A stretch of 64,000 nucleotides of DNA from an uncultured Actinomycetota bacterium. GTDB taxonomy: Bacteria; Actinomycetota; Actinomycetes; JACCUZ01. The notes under the pieces were generated by a model. The model was not told where the DNA came from. It searched no databases and saw nothing but the letters and a program-made list of their open reading frames with translations. The first letter of the stretch is position 1. Every line of letters begins with the position of its first letter. Of the stretch, positions 10,192 to 20,579 are shown piece by piece. The position numbers were made by a program, and so were the translations under genes. The stretch spans positions 62,561 to 126,560 of the forward strand of contig CAWARY010000003.1 of assembly GCA_963784645.1 (NCBI GenBank), given 5' to 3'.

Positions 10192-10946
10192 CGGCGGGCC
10201 ATCACGGCGTACGTCGAGAACGGCTCGTCGACGTAGCCGTCAGGGTGCTCGGCGGCGAGCGCGTCGACCTCCGCGGCGACCACGTCGGCAGCCCGGTCGC
10301 CGAGCGCGAAGACGTAGGACTTCGTCATGATGTTGCGGCCGAAGTCGACCAGCGACATCCGCCGGGACCAGGGCACCTCGACGGTGGCGACGTGCCGGGA
10401 CCACGGCGGCTCACTGAGCTTGCTGGCCACCCACGACTCGTCGGCATGGCCCTGCCACCCGCAGGCGGCGAACAGCCGCTGCTGGTGCCTCGCGAACCAC
10501 GGCACCGACGTGTCGTGACGGTTCCACCAGGCGGCGAACACCGCGCCGGGCTTGAGCACGCGGAACGCCTCGGCCAGCGCGCGGTCGGGGTCGGTCCAGT
10601 GGAACGACTGGGCGTACGACACGAGGTCGTACTGCCCGTCGGCGAGCGGCAGCGCATTGCCGTCGCCGACGACGGGCAGCACGCGCGACGTCGACCGCGA
10701 CCGGAGCACCCGCAGCACTCCCTCGCCGGGGTCGACGGCCGTGACGGTGGCGCCGCGCCCGGCGATCGCCCGCGACGCGATGCCGGTGCCGCACCCGACG
10801 TCGCAGACCGACGACCAGAGCAGCGGCTGCCCCATCGCCGACTCCAGGGCGTCGAACAGCTGCGCCGGGTAGTCGGGCCGGTAGGAGTCGTAGTCGGCCG
10901 CGACGGCGTCGAACAGCTGGCGGTCGGTCACCGGCGGCCCGCTCAC
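10188..10946 (-). CDS. Class I SAM-dependent methyltransferase
   Basis: [28 protein letters not shown]; GTGA overlap with the upstream gene. Confidence 0.9.
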   Translation of the reverse strand: MSGPPVTDRQLFDAVAADYDSYRPDYPAQLFDALESAMGQPLLWSSVCDVGCGTGIASRAIAGRGATVTAVDPGEGVLRVLRSRSTSRVLPVVGDGNALPLADGQYDLVSYAQSFHWTDPDRALAEAFRVLKPGAVFAAWWNRHDTSVPWFARHQQRLFAACGWQGHADESWVASKLSEPPWSRHVATVEVPWSRRMSLVDFGRNIMTKSYVFALGDRAADVVAAEVDALAAEHPDGYVDEPFSTYAVMARR

Positions 10947-11761
10947 GTGGTGCTGCCGGCAGCCGCCGCGAGGTTGAGCCGCGCGAAGGCCAGCCCCTCG
11001 GCGAGGTCGGCCTCGCGCTCGTCCCGGTTGACCGCCCGGCGGGTGTTGACCTCGAGGACCACCGTGCCGGCGTACCCGCCGCGGGCGAGCCGCTCGAGGA
11101 CGTCGCCGCACGGCTGGCCGCCGCGGCCGGGCACCAGGTGCTCGTCCTTGCTCGAGCCGGAGCCGTCGGCGAGGTGCACGTGCTGCAGCCGGTCGCCGAG
11201 CGCCTCGACGACCCGTACCGCGTCGGAGCCGGAGGTCGCCGTGTGCGACAGGTCGAGGGTGGTGGCCGGGTAGTCGAGCTCCAGCAGGTCCCACGTCGGC
11301 AGGTAGGCCGCGATCTCCCGGCTGCGCGCCCGCCACGGGAACATGTTCTCGACGGCGAAGGTCACGTCGGTCTCGTGCTGCATGCGGTGCAGGCCGTCGA
11401 CGAAGCCACGGGCGTAGTCGCGCTGCCAGCGGAACGGCGGGTGCACCACCACGGTCGGGGCACCGACCCGCTCGGCCGCCGCCTGGGCGCGCTGCAGCTT
11501 CGTCCACGGATCGGTCGACCAGACCCGCTGGGTCAGCAGCAGGCAGGGCGCGTGGATCGCGAGGATGGGCACGCCGTACCGGTCGGAGAGCGCCCGCAGT
11601 GCGTCGGCGTCCTGGCTGACCGGGTCGGTCCACACCATGACCTCGACGCCGTCGAAGCCGAGGGACGCAGCCATCTCGAAGGCCGTCGAGCAGGTCTCGG
11701 GGTAGCAGGACGCCGTCGACAGGGCGACCTTCGCCCGGGGCACCAGAACCGTCCTGTCCAC
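10943..11761 (-). CDS. Sugar phosphate isomerase/epimerase (xylose-isomerase-like TIM barrel; Rv0498-like)
   Basis: [43 protein letters not shown]. Confidence 0.88.
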   Translation of the reverse strand: MDRTVLVPRAKVALSTASCYPETCSTAFEMAASLGFDGVEVMVWTDPVSQDADALRALSDRYGVPILAIHAPCLLLTQRVWSTDPWTKLQRAQAAAERVGAPTVVVHPPFRWQRDYARGFVDGLHRMQHETDVTFAVENMFPWRARSREIAAYLPTWDLLELDYPATTLDLSHTATSGSDAVRVVEALGDRLQHVHLADGSGSSKDEHLVPGRGGQPCGDVLERLARGGYAGTVVLEVNTRRAVNRDEREADLAEGLAFARLNLAAAAGSTT

Positions 11762-11803
11762 ACCGACAAGACTAGGCGGAGCGACGGTGCGCCTGAGGCG
11801 AGG

Positions 11804-12739
11804 TCAGGTCTCGCCCCGCATCCAGTCGATGCGGCGCAGGATGATCCCCTCGCGCAGGGCCCACGGACAGACCTGGACGTCCTCGAGGTCGAGCAGATCC
11901 AGCACCGCCTCGGCGACGACGGCGCCCGCGAGCAGCTGAGGGGCCCGGCCGGCCGAGACCCCCGGCAGCTCGGCCCGCTCCTCGCTGCTCATGGCGGCGA
12001 GCTGCGGCACCCACTCGTGCAGGTCGTCGCGGGTCACCAACCGGGCCACCTGCTCGCCCTCCGAGGAGGACGGGGCTCCGGTCAGGCGGGCGAGCTGCTT
12101 GAACGTCTTCGACGTCGCGGCCGCGTGGTCCGGCTCCCCCAGTGCCTCGAACGGCCGCAGCCGCTTGGCCACCTCCGTGCGCACGTACTTGCGCAGTGCC
12201 TTGACGTCCTTGGCCGACGGCGGGTCGTCGGGAAGCATCTCGCGGGTCAACCGGCCGGCGCCGAGCGGCATCGAGGCGATGGCGTCGGGCAGCTCGTCGA
12301 TGCCGGCGGCGATCTCCAGCGAGCCGCCGCCGATGTCGAGCACCAGCAGGCGGCCGGAGGACCAGCCGAACCACCGTCGCACCGCGAGGAAAGTCAGGCG
12401 CGCCTCGTCGTCACCGCTGAGCACCTGGAGGTCGACGCCGGTCTCCTCGCGGACCGCGGCCAGCACCTCGGCGCCGTTGCCGGCCTCGCGCAGCGCCGAG
12501 GTGGCGAACGCGAGCAGGTCCTCAGTGCCACGGTCCTCCGCGACCTCGAGCGCGCGCTGGACACACTCGACGAGTCGGGCCCGCCCGGCGTCGTCGACCC
12601 GGCCGTCGTCGGTGAGGTGCTCGGCCAGCCGGAGCTCCGACTTGTCCGAGCTCACCGGCAGCGGCCGCGCGCCCTCGTGCGCGTCGACGACGAGCAGGTG
12701 CACGGTGTTGGAGCCGACGTCGAGCACCCCCAGCCGCAC
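11804..12739 (-). CDS. ppx: Ppx/GppA exopolyphosphatase
   Basis: [27 protein letters not shown]. Confidence 0.92.
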   Translation of the reverse strand: MRLGVLDVGSNTVHLLVVDAHEGARPLPVSSDKSELRLAEHLTDDGRVDDAGRARLVECVQRALEVAEDRGTEDLLAFATSALREAGNGAEVLAAVREETGVDLQVLSGDDEARLTFLAVRRWFGWSSGRLLVLDIGGGSLEIAAGIDELPDAIASMPLGAGRLTREMLPDDPPSAKDVKALRKYVRTEVAKRLRPFEALGEPDHAAATSKTFKQLARLTGAPSSSEGEQVARLVTRDDLHEWVPQLAAMSSEERAELPGVSAGRAPQLLAGAVVAEAVLDLLDLEDVQVCPWALREGIILRRIDWMRGET

Positions 12740-12852
12740 GCCGTACCTCCGTCCGTCAGCAGGTCCCCCGGCGATGATCCCGCACAACGATCGGCGGGAC
12801 CACGCTGCCACGCGGCGTCTCGCGATGCGTCACCGACACATAGGCTGGGCCG

Positions 12853-13593
12853 GTGCCCGAGGTACCCCTTGACTTCGCCCGCGCGTGGGTCGAGTTCCCC
12901 GACCCCGCCGACGCCGACCAGTCGTTCCGCTGCGACGTCACCTGGCTGACCTCGCGGTGGGAGTGCATCTTCGGCAACGGGTGCCAGGGCATCTACGCCG
13001 ACCAGCCCGACGGTGTCGGCTGCTGCACGCTGGGCGCGCACTTCTCCGACAAGGACGACGAGAAGCGCGTCAAGCAGTTCGTCAAGCAGCTCACGCCCGA
13101 GACCTGGCAGCACTACTCCCCCAAGAACTGGACGGAGAAGGACGAGGAGGGCGCGCGCAAGACGAGGGTCGTCGACGGCGCGTGCGTCTTCGCCAACCGA
13201 CCCGACTTCGCCGGCGGCGGTGGGTGCGCGCTGCACGGCCTGGCCCTGCGGCAGGGACGGCACTTCCTCGAGACGAAGCCGGACGTCTGCTGGCAGCTGC
13301 CGATCCGCCGGACCTTCGAGCACACGACGCGCCCGGACGACACCGAGCACCTCGTCGTGGTCATCGCCGAGTACGACCGGCGCGGCTGGGGTCCCGGCGG
13401 CCACGACCTCGACTGGTACTGCAGCGGCAACACCGAGGCGCACGTCGGCATGGAGCCGGTGTACCTCTCGATGCGGGCCGAGCTGGTCGAGCTGATGGGG
13501 CAGCAGGGCTACGACGAGCTGGTCGGCTACTGCGAGGCGCACGGCCGCCGGCGGCTGGTGCTGCACCCCGCCGACCCGCCGCGCCGCCGCTAG
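12853..13593 (+). CDS. Conserved Cys-rich actinobacterial hypothetical protein (Rv0495c-like)
   Basis: [32 protein letters not shown]; divergent from ppx; TAGGCT -10 box 6 nt upstream of GTG. Confidence 0.85.
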   Translation: MPEVPLDFARAWVEFPDPADADQSFRCDVTWLTSRWECIFGNGCQGIYADQPDGVGCCTLGAHFSDKDDEKRVKQFVKQLTPETWQHYSPKNWTEKDEEGARKTRVVDGACVFANRPDFAGGGGCALHGLALRQGRHFLETKPDVCWQLPIRRTFEHTTRPDDTEHLVVVIAEYDRRGWGPGGHDLDWYCSGNTEAHVGMEPVYLSMRAELVELMGQQGYDELVGYCEAHGRRRLVLHPADPPRRR

Positions 13594-13731
13594 CCCCCGC
13601 CGTCGCCCGTAACGAGCGCTCCGACCTGACGGTCACTGGGCCGCCGTCCACCCGTAGGTCAGTGCGGCCTGGGACGGCAGGTGGTGCGCCCCCCGCCGTC
13701 CGCGACCGCCCCGCCGTCGCCCGTAGAGCGA

Positions 13732-13913
13732 AGTGGCCCCGCTACGCAGGCGGAATCCAGCGGCCGAGCGGGGCCACTTGGCTCCGAACGACCGACATCG
13801 CGTGACCCGCGGACGGCGGACGCGGCGCCCCGACGGCGAAGGGACTGCAGTGGCCCCGCTACGCAGCCGGAATCCAACGGCCGAGCGGGGCCACTTGGCT
13901 CCGAACGACCGAC
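13732..13913. repeat. Two 65-bp direct repeats, each containing an inverted repeat (REP-like)
   Basis: Copies at 13732-13796 and 13849-13913 differ at 2 positions; each contains AGTGGCCCCGCT...AGCGGGGCCACT. Confidence 0.85.
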
Positions 13914-13952
13914 TGCGTGCGGCCGCGTCCGTCCGGGACTACCGTCCGGCGC

Positions 13953-14663
13953 ATGGCTGGTGACAACCCCCTGGGCACGATCCTGGGCGTCTGGGCGCAC
14001 CCCGACGACGAGAGCTGGCTGTGCGCGGGGCTGATGGCGCGCGCGGTCCGCGCCGGGGACCGGGTCGTGTGCATCACGGCGACCCGCGGCGAGCTCGGCT
14101 CGCCCGACGAGCAGCGCTGGCCGAGCGGAGCGCCGCTGGCCGCCGTCCGCACCGCGGAGATGGCCGCCGCGCTCGCCGTCCTCGGCGTCACCGAGCACCA
14201 CTGGCTCGACCACCCCGACGGCGGCTGCGCCGGTGTCGACCAGGACGAGGCGGTACGCCGGGTGTCCGAGGTGATGGCGGAGGTGCAACCCGACACGGTG
14301 CTGACCTTCGGGCCGGACGGCATGACCGGGCACGAGGACCACAAGGCCGCTTCCCGGTGGGCGACGGAGGCGTTCGCGCGGGTCGGCAAGCCCGGTGCAC
14401 GGCTCGGGTACGCGACGAACAGCCCGGAGTGGCTGGCCGAGTTCCGCGAGCCGTTGGACCGCTTCAACGTGTTCATGGGCGCCGAGCCGCCGTGCACCCC
14501 CCGGGACCAGCAGCTCGTCGACGTCGTGCTCGACGGCGACCTGCTCGAGACCAAGCTCGCCGCGCTGCGCGCCATGACCAGCCAGGTCGAGCCGCTCATC
14601 GCCGGCCTCGGCGAGGACTTCTTCCGGCGTGGCCTGGTCGAGGAGTCGTTCCGCGCCCCCTGA
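13953..14663 (+). CDS. PIG-L family deacetylase
   Basis: AHPDDE, TRGELG, GHEDH motifs. Confidence 0.92.
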   Translation: MAGDNPLGTILGVWAHPDDESWLCAGLMARAVRAGDRVVCITATRGELGSPDEQRWPSGAPLAAVRTAEMAAALAVLGVTEHHWLDHPDGGCAGVDQDEAVRRVSEVMAEVQPDTVLTFGPDGMTGHEDHKAASRWATEAFARVGKPGARLGYATNSPEWLAEFREPLDRFNVFMGAEPPCTPRDQQLVDVVLDGDLLETKLAALRAMTSQVEPLIAGLGEDFFRRGLVEESFRAP

Positions 14664-14711
14664 GCCGCGCGCCTCCCGGGCCGTGTCCGACCCCCCACCT
14701 ACCGTCGTGCC

Positions 14712-16103
14712 ATGCCCAAGGCCCTGACCCGCGAGCGTCCGTCCTACCGCTGCGCGGAGTGCGGCTGGTCCGCTGCCAAGTGGGTCGGCCGCTGCGGGGA
14801 GTGCCAGGCCTGGGGCTCGCTCGTCGACCTGGCCGCGCCGGCCGTCCGCACCACCCGGGCCGGCCCCGTCAGCACCGCAGCCCTTCCCATCGGCGACGTC
14901 GACGTCGAGCTGGCGCGTGCCGTGCCCACCGGGGTCGACGAGCTCGACCGGGTGCTGGGCGGCGGGCTCGTCCCGGGCGCCGTGGTGCTGCTGGCCGGCG
15001 AGCCCGGCGTCGGGAAGTCGACCCTGTTGCTCGACGTCGCCGCGCGCTTCGCCGAGCGGGCCCGCGCGCTCTACGTCACCGGCGAGGAGTCAGCTGCCCA
15101 GGTGCGGCTGCGCGCCGACCGCATCGGCGCCCTGCGCGACGACCTCTACCTCGCCGCCGAGGTCGACCTCGCCGCCGTCCTGGGCCACCTCGACGCGGTC
15201 AAGCCCGACCTGCTGGTCGTCGACTCGGTGCAGACCATCGCCAGCGCCGAGGTCGACGGCTCGCCCGGCAACGTCAGCCAGGTCCGCGAGGTCGCCGCGG
15301 CACTGACGCGGGTCGCCAAGGAGCGCGGCATCTCCACCGTGCTCGTCGGCCACGTGACCAAGGACGGCAGCATCGCCGGCCCGCGCCTGCTCGAGCACCT
15401 GGTCGACGTCGTGCTGCACTTCGAGGGCGACCGTCAGTCCCGCCTCCGGCTGGTGCGCGGGGTCAAGAACCGCTACGGCCCGGCCGACGAGGTCGGCTGC
15501 TTCGACCTGTCCGACGACGGCATCGAGGGACTGCCCGACCCGAGCGGCCTGTTCCTCTCCGAGCGGCGCGAGCCGGTGGCCGGCACCTGCGTCACCGTCA
15601 CGGTCGAGGGCAAGCGGCCGCTGGTCGCCGAGGTGCAGGCGCTGGTCGTCTCCTCGACGCTCGCCTCGCCGCGGCGCACCACGAGCGGCATCGACAGCGG
15701 CCGGCTGGCCATGGTGCTGGCCGTCCTGCAGCGCCGCACGCCCCTCAAGGTCGGCACCTGCGACGTCTACGCCGCGACCGTCGGCGGGGTGCGGCTCACC
15801 GAGCCGGCCACCGACCTCGCCCTCGCGCTGGCCATCGCGGGCGGCGCGAGCAACGAGCCGCTGGCCACCGGGCTGGTGGCCGTCGGGGAGGTGGGCCTGG
15901 CGGGCGAGATCCGCCGGGTCACCGGCACCGCACGCCGGCTGGCCGAGGCGGCTCGGCTCGGTTTCACGCATGCACTGGTGCCACCCGACCCGGGCAAGGT
16001 GCCGCCCGGCATCACGGCCATCGAGGTCCGCGACCTCGACCACGCGATGCGGGTGGCGTTCCCCGGCGCCGAGGTCATCCCGTTCGGGCAGCGCCGGCAC
16101 TGA
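14712..16103 (+). CDS. radA: DNA repair protein RadA/Sms
   Basis: CxxC...CxxC zinc finger, GEPGVGKS, KNRYG, Lon-like C-terminus. Confidence 0.97.
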   Translation: MPKALTRERPSYRCAECGWSAAKWVGRCGECQAWGSLVDLAAPAVRTTRAGPVSTAALPIGDVDVELARAVPTGVDELDRVLGGGLVPGAVVLLAGEPGVGKSTLLLDVAARFAERARALYVTGEESAAQVRLRADRIGALRDDLYLAAEVDLAAVLGHLDAVKPDLLVVDSVQTIASAEVDGSPGNVSQVREVAAALTRVAKERGISTVLVGHVTKDGSIAGPRLLEHLVDVVLHFEGDRQSRLRLVRGVKNRYGPADEVGCFDLSDDGIEGLPDPSGLFLSERREPVAGTCVTVTVEGKRPLVAEVQALVVSSTLASPRRTTSGIDSGRLAMVLAVLQRRTPLKVGTCDVYAATVGGVRLTEPATDLALALAIAGGASNEPLATGLVAVGEVGLAGEIRRVTGTARRLAEAARLGFTHALVPPDPGKVPPGITAIEVRDLDHAMRVAFPGAEVIPFGQRRH

Positions 16104-16227
16104 CGATGCGCGACACCGGACACCGGGCACCAACTCGTGATCATCTCGTGACCCGCCGGACGCGGCGGCCGCCCCGGCGGGCGCCGTTACACTCCGCCTG
16201 AGCACCAGCCGACCGGGGAGCAGGGAC

Positions 16228-17313
16228 GTGGCACCAGCCGAGCGCACCGACGACCCGTTGCGGACCACCCTCGCAGCCGTCGCCCCTGGCACCACGCTGC
16301 GCGACGGGCTCGAGCGGATCCTGCGCGGCCGCACCGGCGCCCTCATCGTCCTCGGCTACGACCGCATGGTCGACACCCTCTGCACCGGCGGTTTCGTCCT
16401 CGACATCGAGTTCAGCGCGACCCGGCTGCGCGAGCTGGCCAAGATGGACGGTGCGATCGTCGTCGACCGCGACTGCACCAAGATCCTGCGGGCCGCGGTT
16501 CAGATGGTCCCCGACCCCACGATCCCCACCGACGAGTCCGGCACCCGCCACCGCACCGCCGACCGCGTCCACAAGCAGACCGGCCTGCCGGTGGTGTCGG
16601 TGAGCCAGTCGATGTCGATCATCGCGATCTACGTCGGTGGCGGCCGCTACGTCCTCGAGGCGTCGACCCAGATCCTGTCCCGCGCCAACCAGGCACTCGC
16701 CACCCTCGAGCGCTACAAGCTGCGGCTCGACGAGGTCTCGGGCACCCTGTCCGCGCTGGAGATCGAGGACCTCGTCACCGTCCGCGACGTGTCCGCCGTC
16801 GCCCAGCGCCTCGAGATGGTCCGTCGCATCGCCGGCGAGATCGAGTCCTACGTCGTCGAGCTCGGCACCGACGGCCGCCTCCTCACGCTGCAGCTCGACG
16901 AGCTGATCGCCGGCGTCGACCCCGACCGTGAGCTGATCGCACGCGACTACCTGCCGACCGCGACCGGCCGGAAGCCGCGCACGGTGGTCGATGTCATGAC
17001 CGACCTCGACGGGCTCGACGCGCTCGAGCTGCTCGACCTGTCCTCGGTCGCCCGCGCCCTCGGCTACCACGGCGGCGAGGGCCTCGACGCAGCCGTCAGC
17101 CCGCGCGGCTACCGGCTGCTCGCTCGCGTCCCCCGGTTGCCAGGCACGGTCGTCGACCGGCTGGTCGAGCACTTCGGCAGCCTGCAGAAGCTGCTCGCCG
17201 CGAGCATCGACGACCTGCAGGCCGTCGAGGGCGTCGGCGAGTCGCGGGCCCGCAGCATCCGCGAGGGCCTGTCGCGGCTGGCCGAGTCCTCGATCCTCGA
17301 ACGCTACGTCTGA
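16228..17313 (+). CDS. disA: DNA integrity scanning diadenylate cyclase DisA
   Basis: DGA and RHR DAC motifs, C-terminal HhH; follows radA. Confidence 0.97.
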   Translation: MAPAERTDDPLRTTLAAVAPGTTLRDGLERILRGRTGALIVLGYDRMVDTLCTGGFVLDIEFSATRLRELAKMDGAIVVDRDCTKILRAAVQMVPDPTIPTDESGTRHRTADRVHKQTGLPVVSVSQSMSIIAIYVGGGRYVLEASTQILSRANQALATLERYKLRLDEVSGTLSALEIEDLVTVRDVSAVAQRLEMVRRIAGEIESYVVELGTDGRLLTLQLDELIAGVDPDRELIARDYLPTATGRKPRTVVDVMTDLDGLDALELLDLSSVARALGYHGGEGLDAAVSPRGYRLLARVPRLPGTVVDRLVEHFGSLQKLLAASIDDLQAVEGVGESRARSIREGLSRLAESSILERYV

Positions 17314-17320
17314 CGGAGGA

Positions 17321-17734
17321 TCAGGCCGGGACGAGTCCGGCGAGCGCGCGCAGCGACACCACGAGCACCGGGCGGCCGGCCGCGTCGTGCCGCACCTCCA
17401 GCACGTAGGGCGGCAGCCCGCCCGATCGCCGGGCGCCGGGCGCCGGCGGTGCCAGGTCGTCCTGGCCGATGACGGCAAGCACCTTGTCGACGGCGAGGCC
17501 GAGCAGACCCTCCGCCGTGCCCAGGACGAGGACGTCGCCGCCGCCGTCCGGGTCCGCGGCGCTGCGCAGGTCGACGACCGGAACCGGGGTGCCGCGCAGC
17601 TCCAGCAGCCCGCTCACCGGTGCCCGGCTGCCGAAGAGCTCCTCGACACCGGTCGCGCGCACCACCTCGCGGACCTCGTCGAGGGCGCCGGCCAGCTCGC
17701 GTCCGGCCATGACGAAGGTGACCCAGCCGCTCAT
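17321..17734 (-). CDS. cheW: CheW-like protein
   Basis: VREVV, GLLELRGTPVPVVDL, GLAVDKV CheW pattern. Confidence 0.85.
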   Translation of the reverse strand: MSGWVTFVMAGRELAGALDEVREVVRATGVEELFGSRAPVSGLLELRGTPVPVVDLRSAADPDGGGDVLVLGTAEGLLGLAVDKVLAVIGQDDLAPPAPGARRSGGLPPYVLEVRHDAAGRPVLVVSLRALAGLVPA

Positions 17735-19203
17735 GACGCACCCGCCCGGCTGACCGGCGCGGAGTCACGGGCCGATGTCTCGGAACGCTCGGCGAGCCGC
17801 AGGCAGAGCTCGACCAGCTCGGCCAGGTCCCGGCCGCCGAACAGCTCGTCGAGGGTGGCAGCGTCCAGCCGCTCCAGGCTGCCCGCCGCCGCGCGGTAGG
17901 CAGCGGCCGCCCCGGCGTGCTGGCCGAGCCGGGCGAGGGCCCCGGCGAGCAGGAAGTGCGCCTCACCGGCGTCGGGCGAGAGGTAGACGGCCTTGCGCAG
18001 CGGGCCGACCGCCGCCTCGTCCTGTCCGATCGAGGTGCGGGCCCGGCCGAGCACGACGTACGCCGGAGCGAGCAGCTGGTCGGACAGCACGGCCTGTTCC
18101 GCCGCCGTGGCCGCGCCGGCGTAGTCGCCGGCATCCATCAGCTGTCGTGCTGCGGCCAGCAGGTCGGCGGCACTCGGGGCGGCGGGAGCGGCACGGGTCG
18201 CGGCGGGCGCCGGCCGGCGCCGGGGCGCCACGGTGGCCGGTGCGGGGCGGAACGCGGCTCGGGCCGCGGGAGCCGGGACGGCCGGCGACGTGCGGCGGAC
18301 CGAGGGCAGCCGCCGGCGGCGTGGCGCCTCCTGCCGGGCGCCGTCCGCGCGGCGGTAGATGAACGCGTCGCCGACCGGAACCAGGGCGAAGTCGTCGCTC
18401 ACCTGCCAGAGCGTCTCGGAGTGGCCGAGCAGCAGGTAGCCGCCCTCGGCCAGCACGCCGTGGAACGACGCGACGAGCGAGCGGGTCGTCTGCCGGTCGA
18501 AGTAGATGGTCACGTTGCGGCAGACCACGAGGTCCACCCCGCCGGCTGCGAACGGCGGCGGGTCGGTGACCAGGTTGTGCAGGCTCAGGCCCACCAGCGC
18601 CCGCACCGGCTCGGCGACCGTGAGTGACCCGGACGGGCGCGGCTCGAACCAGGTGTCGCGCGCGTCCGACGACGCGGTCTGCAGCGTGCGGCCGGCGTAG
18701 GTCGCGCCGCGGGCGACCTGGAGCGCGCTGGCCGACACGTCGGTGCCGACGATGCGGACGCCACCCTTCGCGACCGCGGCCGGGGCGAGCTCCAGCAGCA
18801 GCATGGCGAGGCTGTACGGCTCCTCACCGGTCGAGCAGCCCGCGCTCCAGATCGTCAGCGGCCGGGACCGGCCGGCGGACCGCCGCAGCAGCTCGGGCAG
18901 CACGTGCCGGCGCAGTGCCTCCATCTGCGGTGCATTGCGGAAGAAGTGCGTCTCCTGCACCGTCACGGCGTCGATCAGCCGCTGCCGCTCGGCAGCGCCG
19001 GCCGGGGAGCCGACGAACGCGAGGTAGGAGGCGACCCCGGCGGCATCCGTCGAGGCCAGGCGCTCGACCGCCACCGAGGCGAGCGAGGCTCGACGGCTCT
19101 GGTCGAACACCAGCCCCGCGGTGGTGAGCAGGTAGCGGCGCAGCGCGCCGAAGTCGGCGTCCGACAGCTGGGGCGGTGCCGACGGGCGCCCGCGTCCGGT
19201 CAC
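17731..19203 (-). CDS. cheR: CheR-type methyltransferase with C-terminal TPR-like region
   Basis: ETHFFRN, IWSAGCSTGEEPYSLAM, CRNVTIYF, LGHSET; TPR-like helices (LRKAVYLSPDAGEAHFLLA); GTG at 19203 overlaps the cheB stop. Confidence 0.9.
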   Translation of the reverse strand: MTGRGRPSAPPQLSDADFGALRRYLLTTAGLVFDQSRRASLASVAVERLASTDAAGVASYLAFVGSPAGAAERQRLIDAVTVQETHFFRNAPQMEALRRHVLPELLRRSAGRSRPLTIWSAGCSTGEEPYSLAMLLLELAPAAVAKGGVRIVGTDVSASALQVARGATYAGRTLQTASSDARDTWFEPRPSGSLTVAEPVRALVGLSLHNLVTDPPPFAAGGVDLVVCRNVTIYFDRQTTRSLVASFHGVLAEGGYLLLGHSETLWQVSDDFALVPVGDAFIYRRADGARQEAPRRRRLPSVRRTSPAVPAPAARAAFRPAPATVAPRRRPAPAATRAAPAAPSAADLLAAARQLMDAGDYAGAATAAEQAVLSDQLLAPAYVVLGRARTSIGQDEAAVGPLRKAVYLSPDAGEAHFLLAGALARLGQHAGAAAAYRAAAGSLERLDAATLDELFGGRDLAELVELCLRLAERSETSARDSAPVSRAGAS

Positions 19204-20414
19204 GGCCGGCCTCGCGGCGCCACGTCCGGCCGCGGGGTGCCGGACTCGACGGCGGCGACCACGGCCGGTCCGATCTCGGCGAGGGGCAGCTCCTCCTCGA
19301 CGGCCCCGAGCGCGCGGGCGGCGGCCGGCATGCCGTAGACGACGCAGGTCGGCTCGTCCTGACCGACGGTGAAGGCTCCGGCGTCCCGCATCACCCGCAG
19401 GCCGGCGGCGCCGTCGCGGCCCATGCCGGTGAGCAGCACGCCGATCGCGTGCTGGCCGCAGACCGCGGCCGCGCTGGTGAACGCCGCATCGACGCCGGGG
19501 ATGTGGAACTGCCCGACCGGTGGTGTGCGCAGCTCGATCCGCAGGCCGGGACGGAGGACCGTGTTGAGCCCGGCAGGGGCGACGTGCACCACCCCGGGAC
19601 GCAGCCGGCGGCCGTGCTCGGCCAGCACGACCGGTAGCGGGGACAGCCCGTCCAGCCAGGTCGCGAGGCTCTCCACGAACCCGTCGGCCATGTGCTGCAC
19701 GACGAGGATCGGGACGTCGAGATCGGGCGGCAGGTCGCAGAGCAGGGTCGCCAGCGCGGGCGGCCCACCGGTGGAGGCGCCGATGACCACCACGCGGACG
19801 TGTCGCCCCCGGCGACCGGGCGCGGGCCGCGGATCGGTCGGGAGAACGGTCGAGCGTCCGATCCGGGCCGCGGACGGACCCGGCAGCGGGAAGCCGGCTA
19901 CCACCGGAGCGGCGGACCGGTCCGCCCCGTGGGCCAGGCCACGGGCTCGCAGCCGGTTCCTCGGGTGGGTGATGACCCGGACCCGGCTGGCCACCCGCAG
20001 GTGCCGTTGCAGAGCCGTCGTGTAGGCCGGCGAGCCAGGTACGGCGTCCAGGGCGCCGACGACGTCGACCGCGCCGGCCGCCAGCACCGCCGCTGAGTGC
20101 TCGGCGAGCGGGCCGCAGACGACGATCGGCGTCGGCCGGGTGCCCATGATCCGCTCGATGGCCTCGAGGCCCCCGTCCGCCGGGTCGAGGTCGATCAGGA
20201 CCGCACCGGGCCAGTGCGCGACCACCGCCGCCTCGGCTGCCTGCGCCGTCGTGACCTCGGCAGCGACGTGGAAGCCGGGGACGGAGAGCAGGGTGCGCAG
20301 GGCCCGGGTGTGGACCCTGGTGGAGCCCACGACCACGAGGACGAGCGGCGGCGCGGCGGCGCCGGCAGCAGCCGTGGAGCCGGGCTGCGCGTCGGTCATC
20401 GGCTGACCGCTCAT
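19200..20414 (-). CDS. cheB: CheB methylesterase with degenerate N-terminal receiver domain
   Basis: GASTGGP, VQHM and LTGMGRDGA catalytic Ser/His/Asp motifs, VYGMP; start uncertain (20414 or 20399). Confidence 0.9.
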   Translation of the reverse strand: MSGQPMTDAQPGSTAAAGAAAPPLVLVVVGSTRVHTRALRTLLSVPGFHVAAEVTTAQAAEAAVVAHWPGAVLIDLDPADGGLEAIERIMGTRPTPIVVCGPLAEHSAAVLAAGAVDVVGALDAVPGSPAYTTALQRHLRVASRVRVITHPRNRLRARGLAHGADRSAAPVVAGFPLPGPSAARIGRSTVLPTDPRPAPGRRGRHVRVVVIGASTGGPPALATLLCDLPPDLDVPILVVQHMADGFVESLATWLDGLSPLPVVLAEHGRRLRPGVVHVAPAGLNTVLRPGLRIELRTPPVGQFHIPGVDAAFTSAAAVCGQHAIGVLLTGMGRDGAAGLRVMRDAGAFTVGQDEPTCVVYGMPAAARALGAVEEELPLAEIGPAVVAAVESGTPRPDVAPRGRP

Positions 20415-20579
20415 CGACACGGGCCACTCATCGGCGGGACCGCCACCTTCCGCGCGCGAGGGGAGGACTCTGCCGTGCGCATCGCCCATGCGTCACGGAT
20501 CGTCAGTCCGGGTGCCGACCTTGAGCGCAACGGCCCTGTCCCGGCGCCGTCCGGCACGGGTGGGAGGATCGCCCGCGAG

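Noticed and set aside
13732-13913. CRISPR array
   Set aside because: Only two units, 65 bp long (longer than typical CRISPR repeats), and no cas genes in the window
17731-20427. 898-aa CheB-CheR fusion
   Set aside because: The N-terminal half is an off-frame Arg-rich reading of cheB; cheB stops at 19200 and cheR starts at the overlapping GTG 19203
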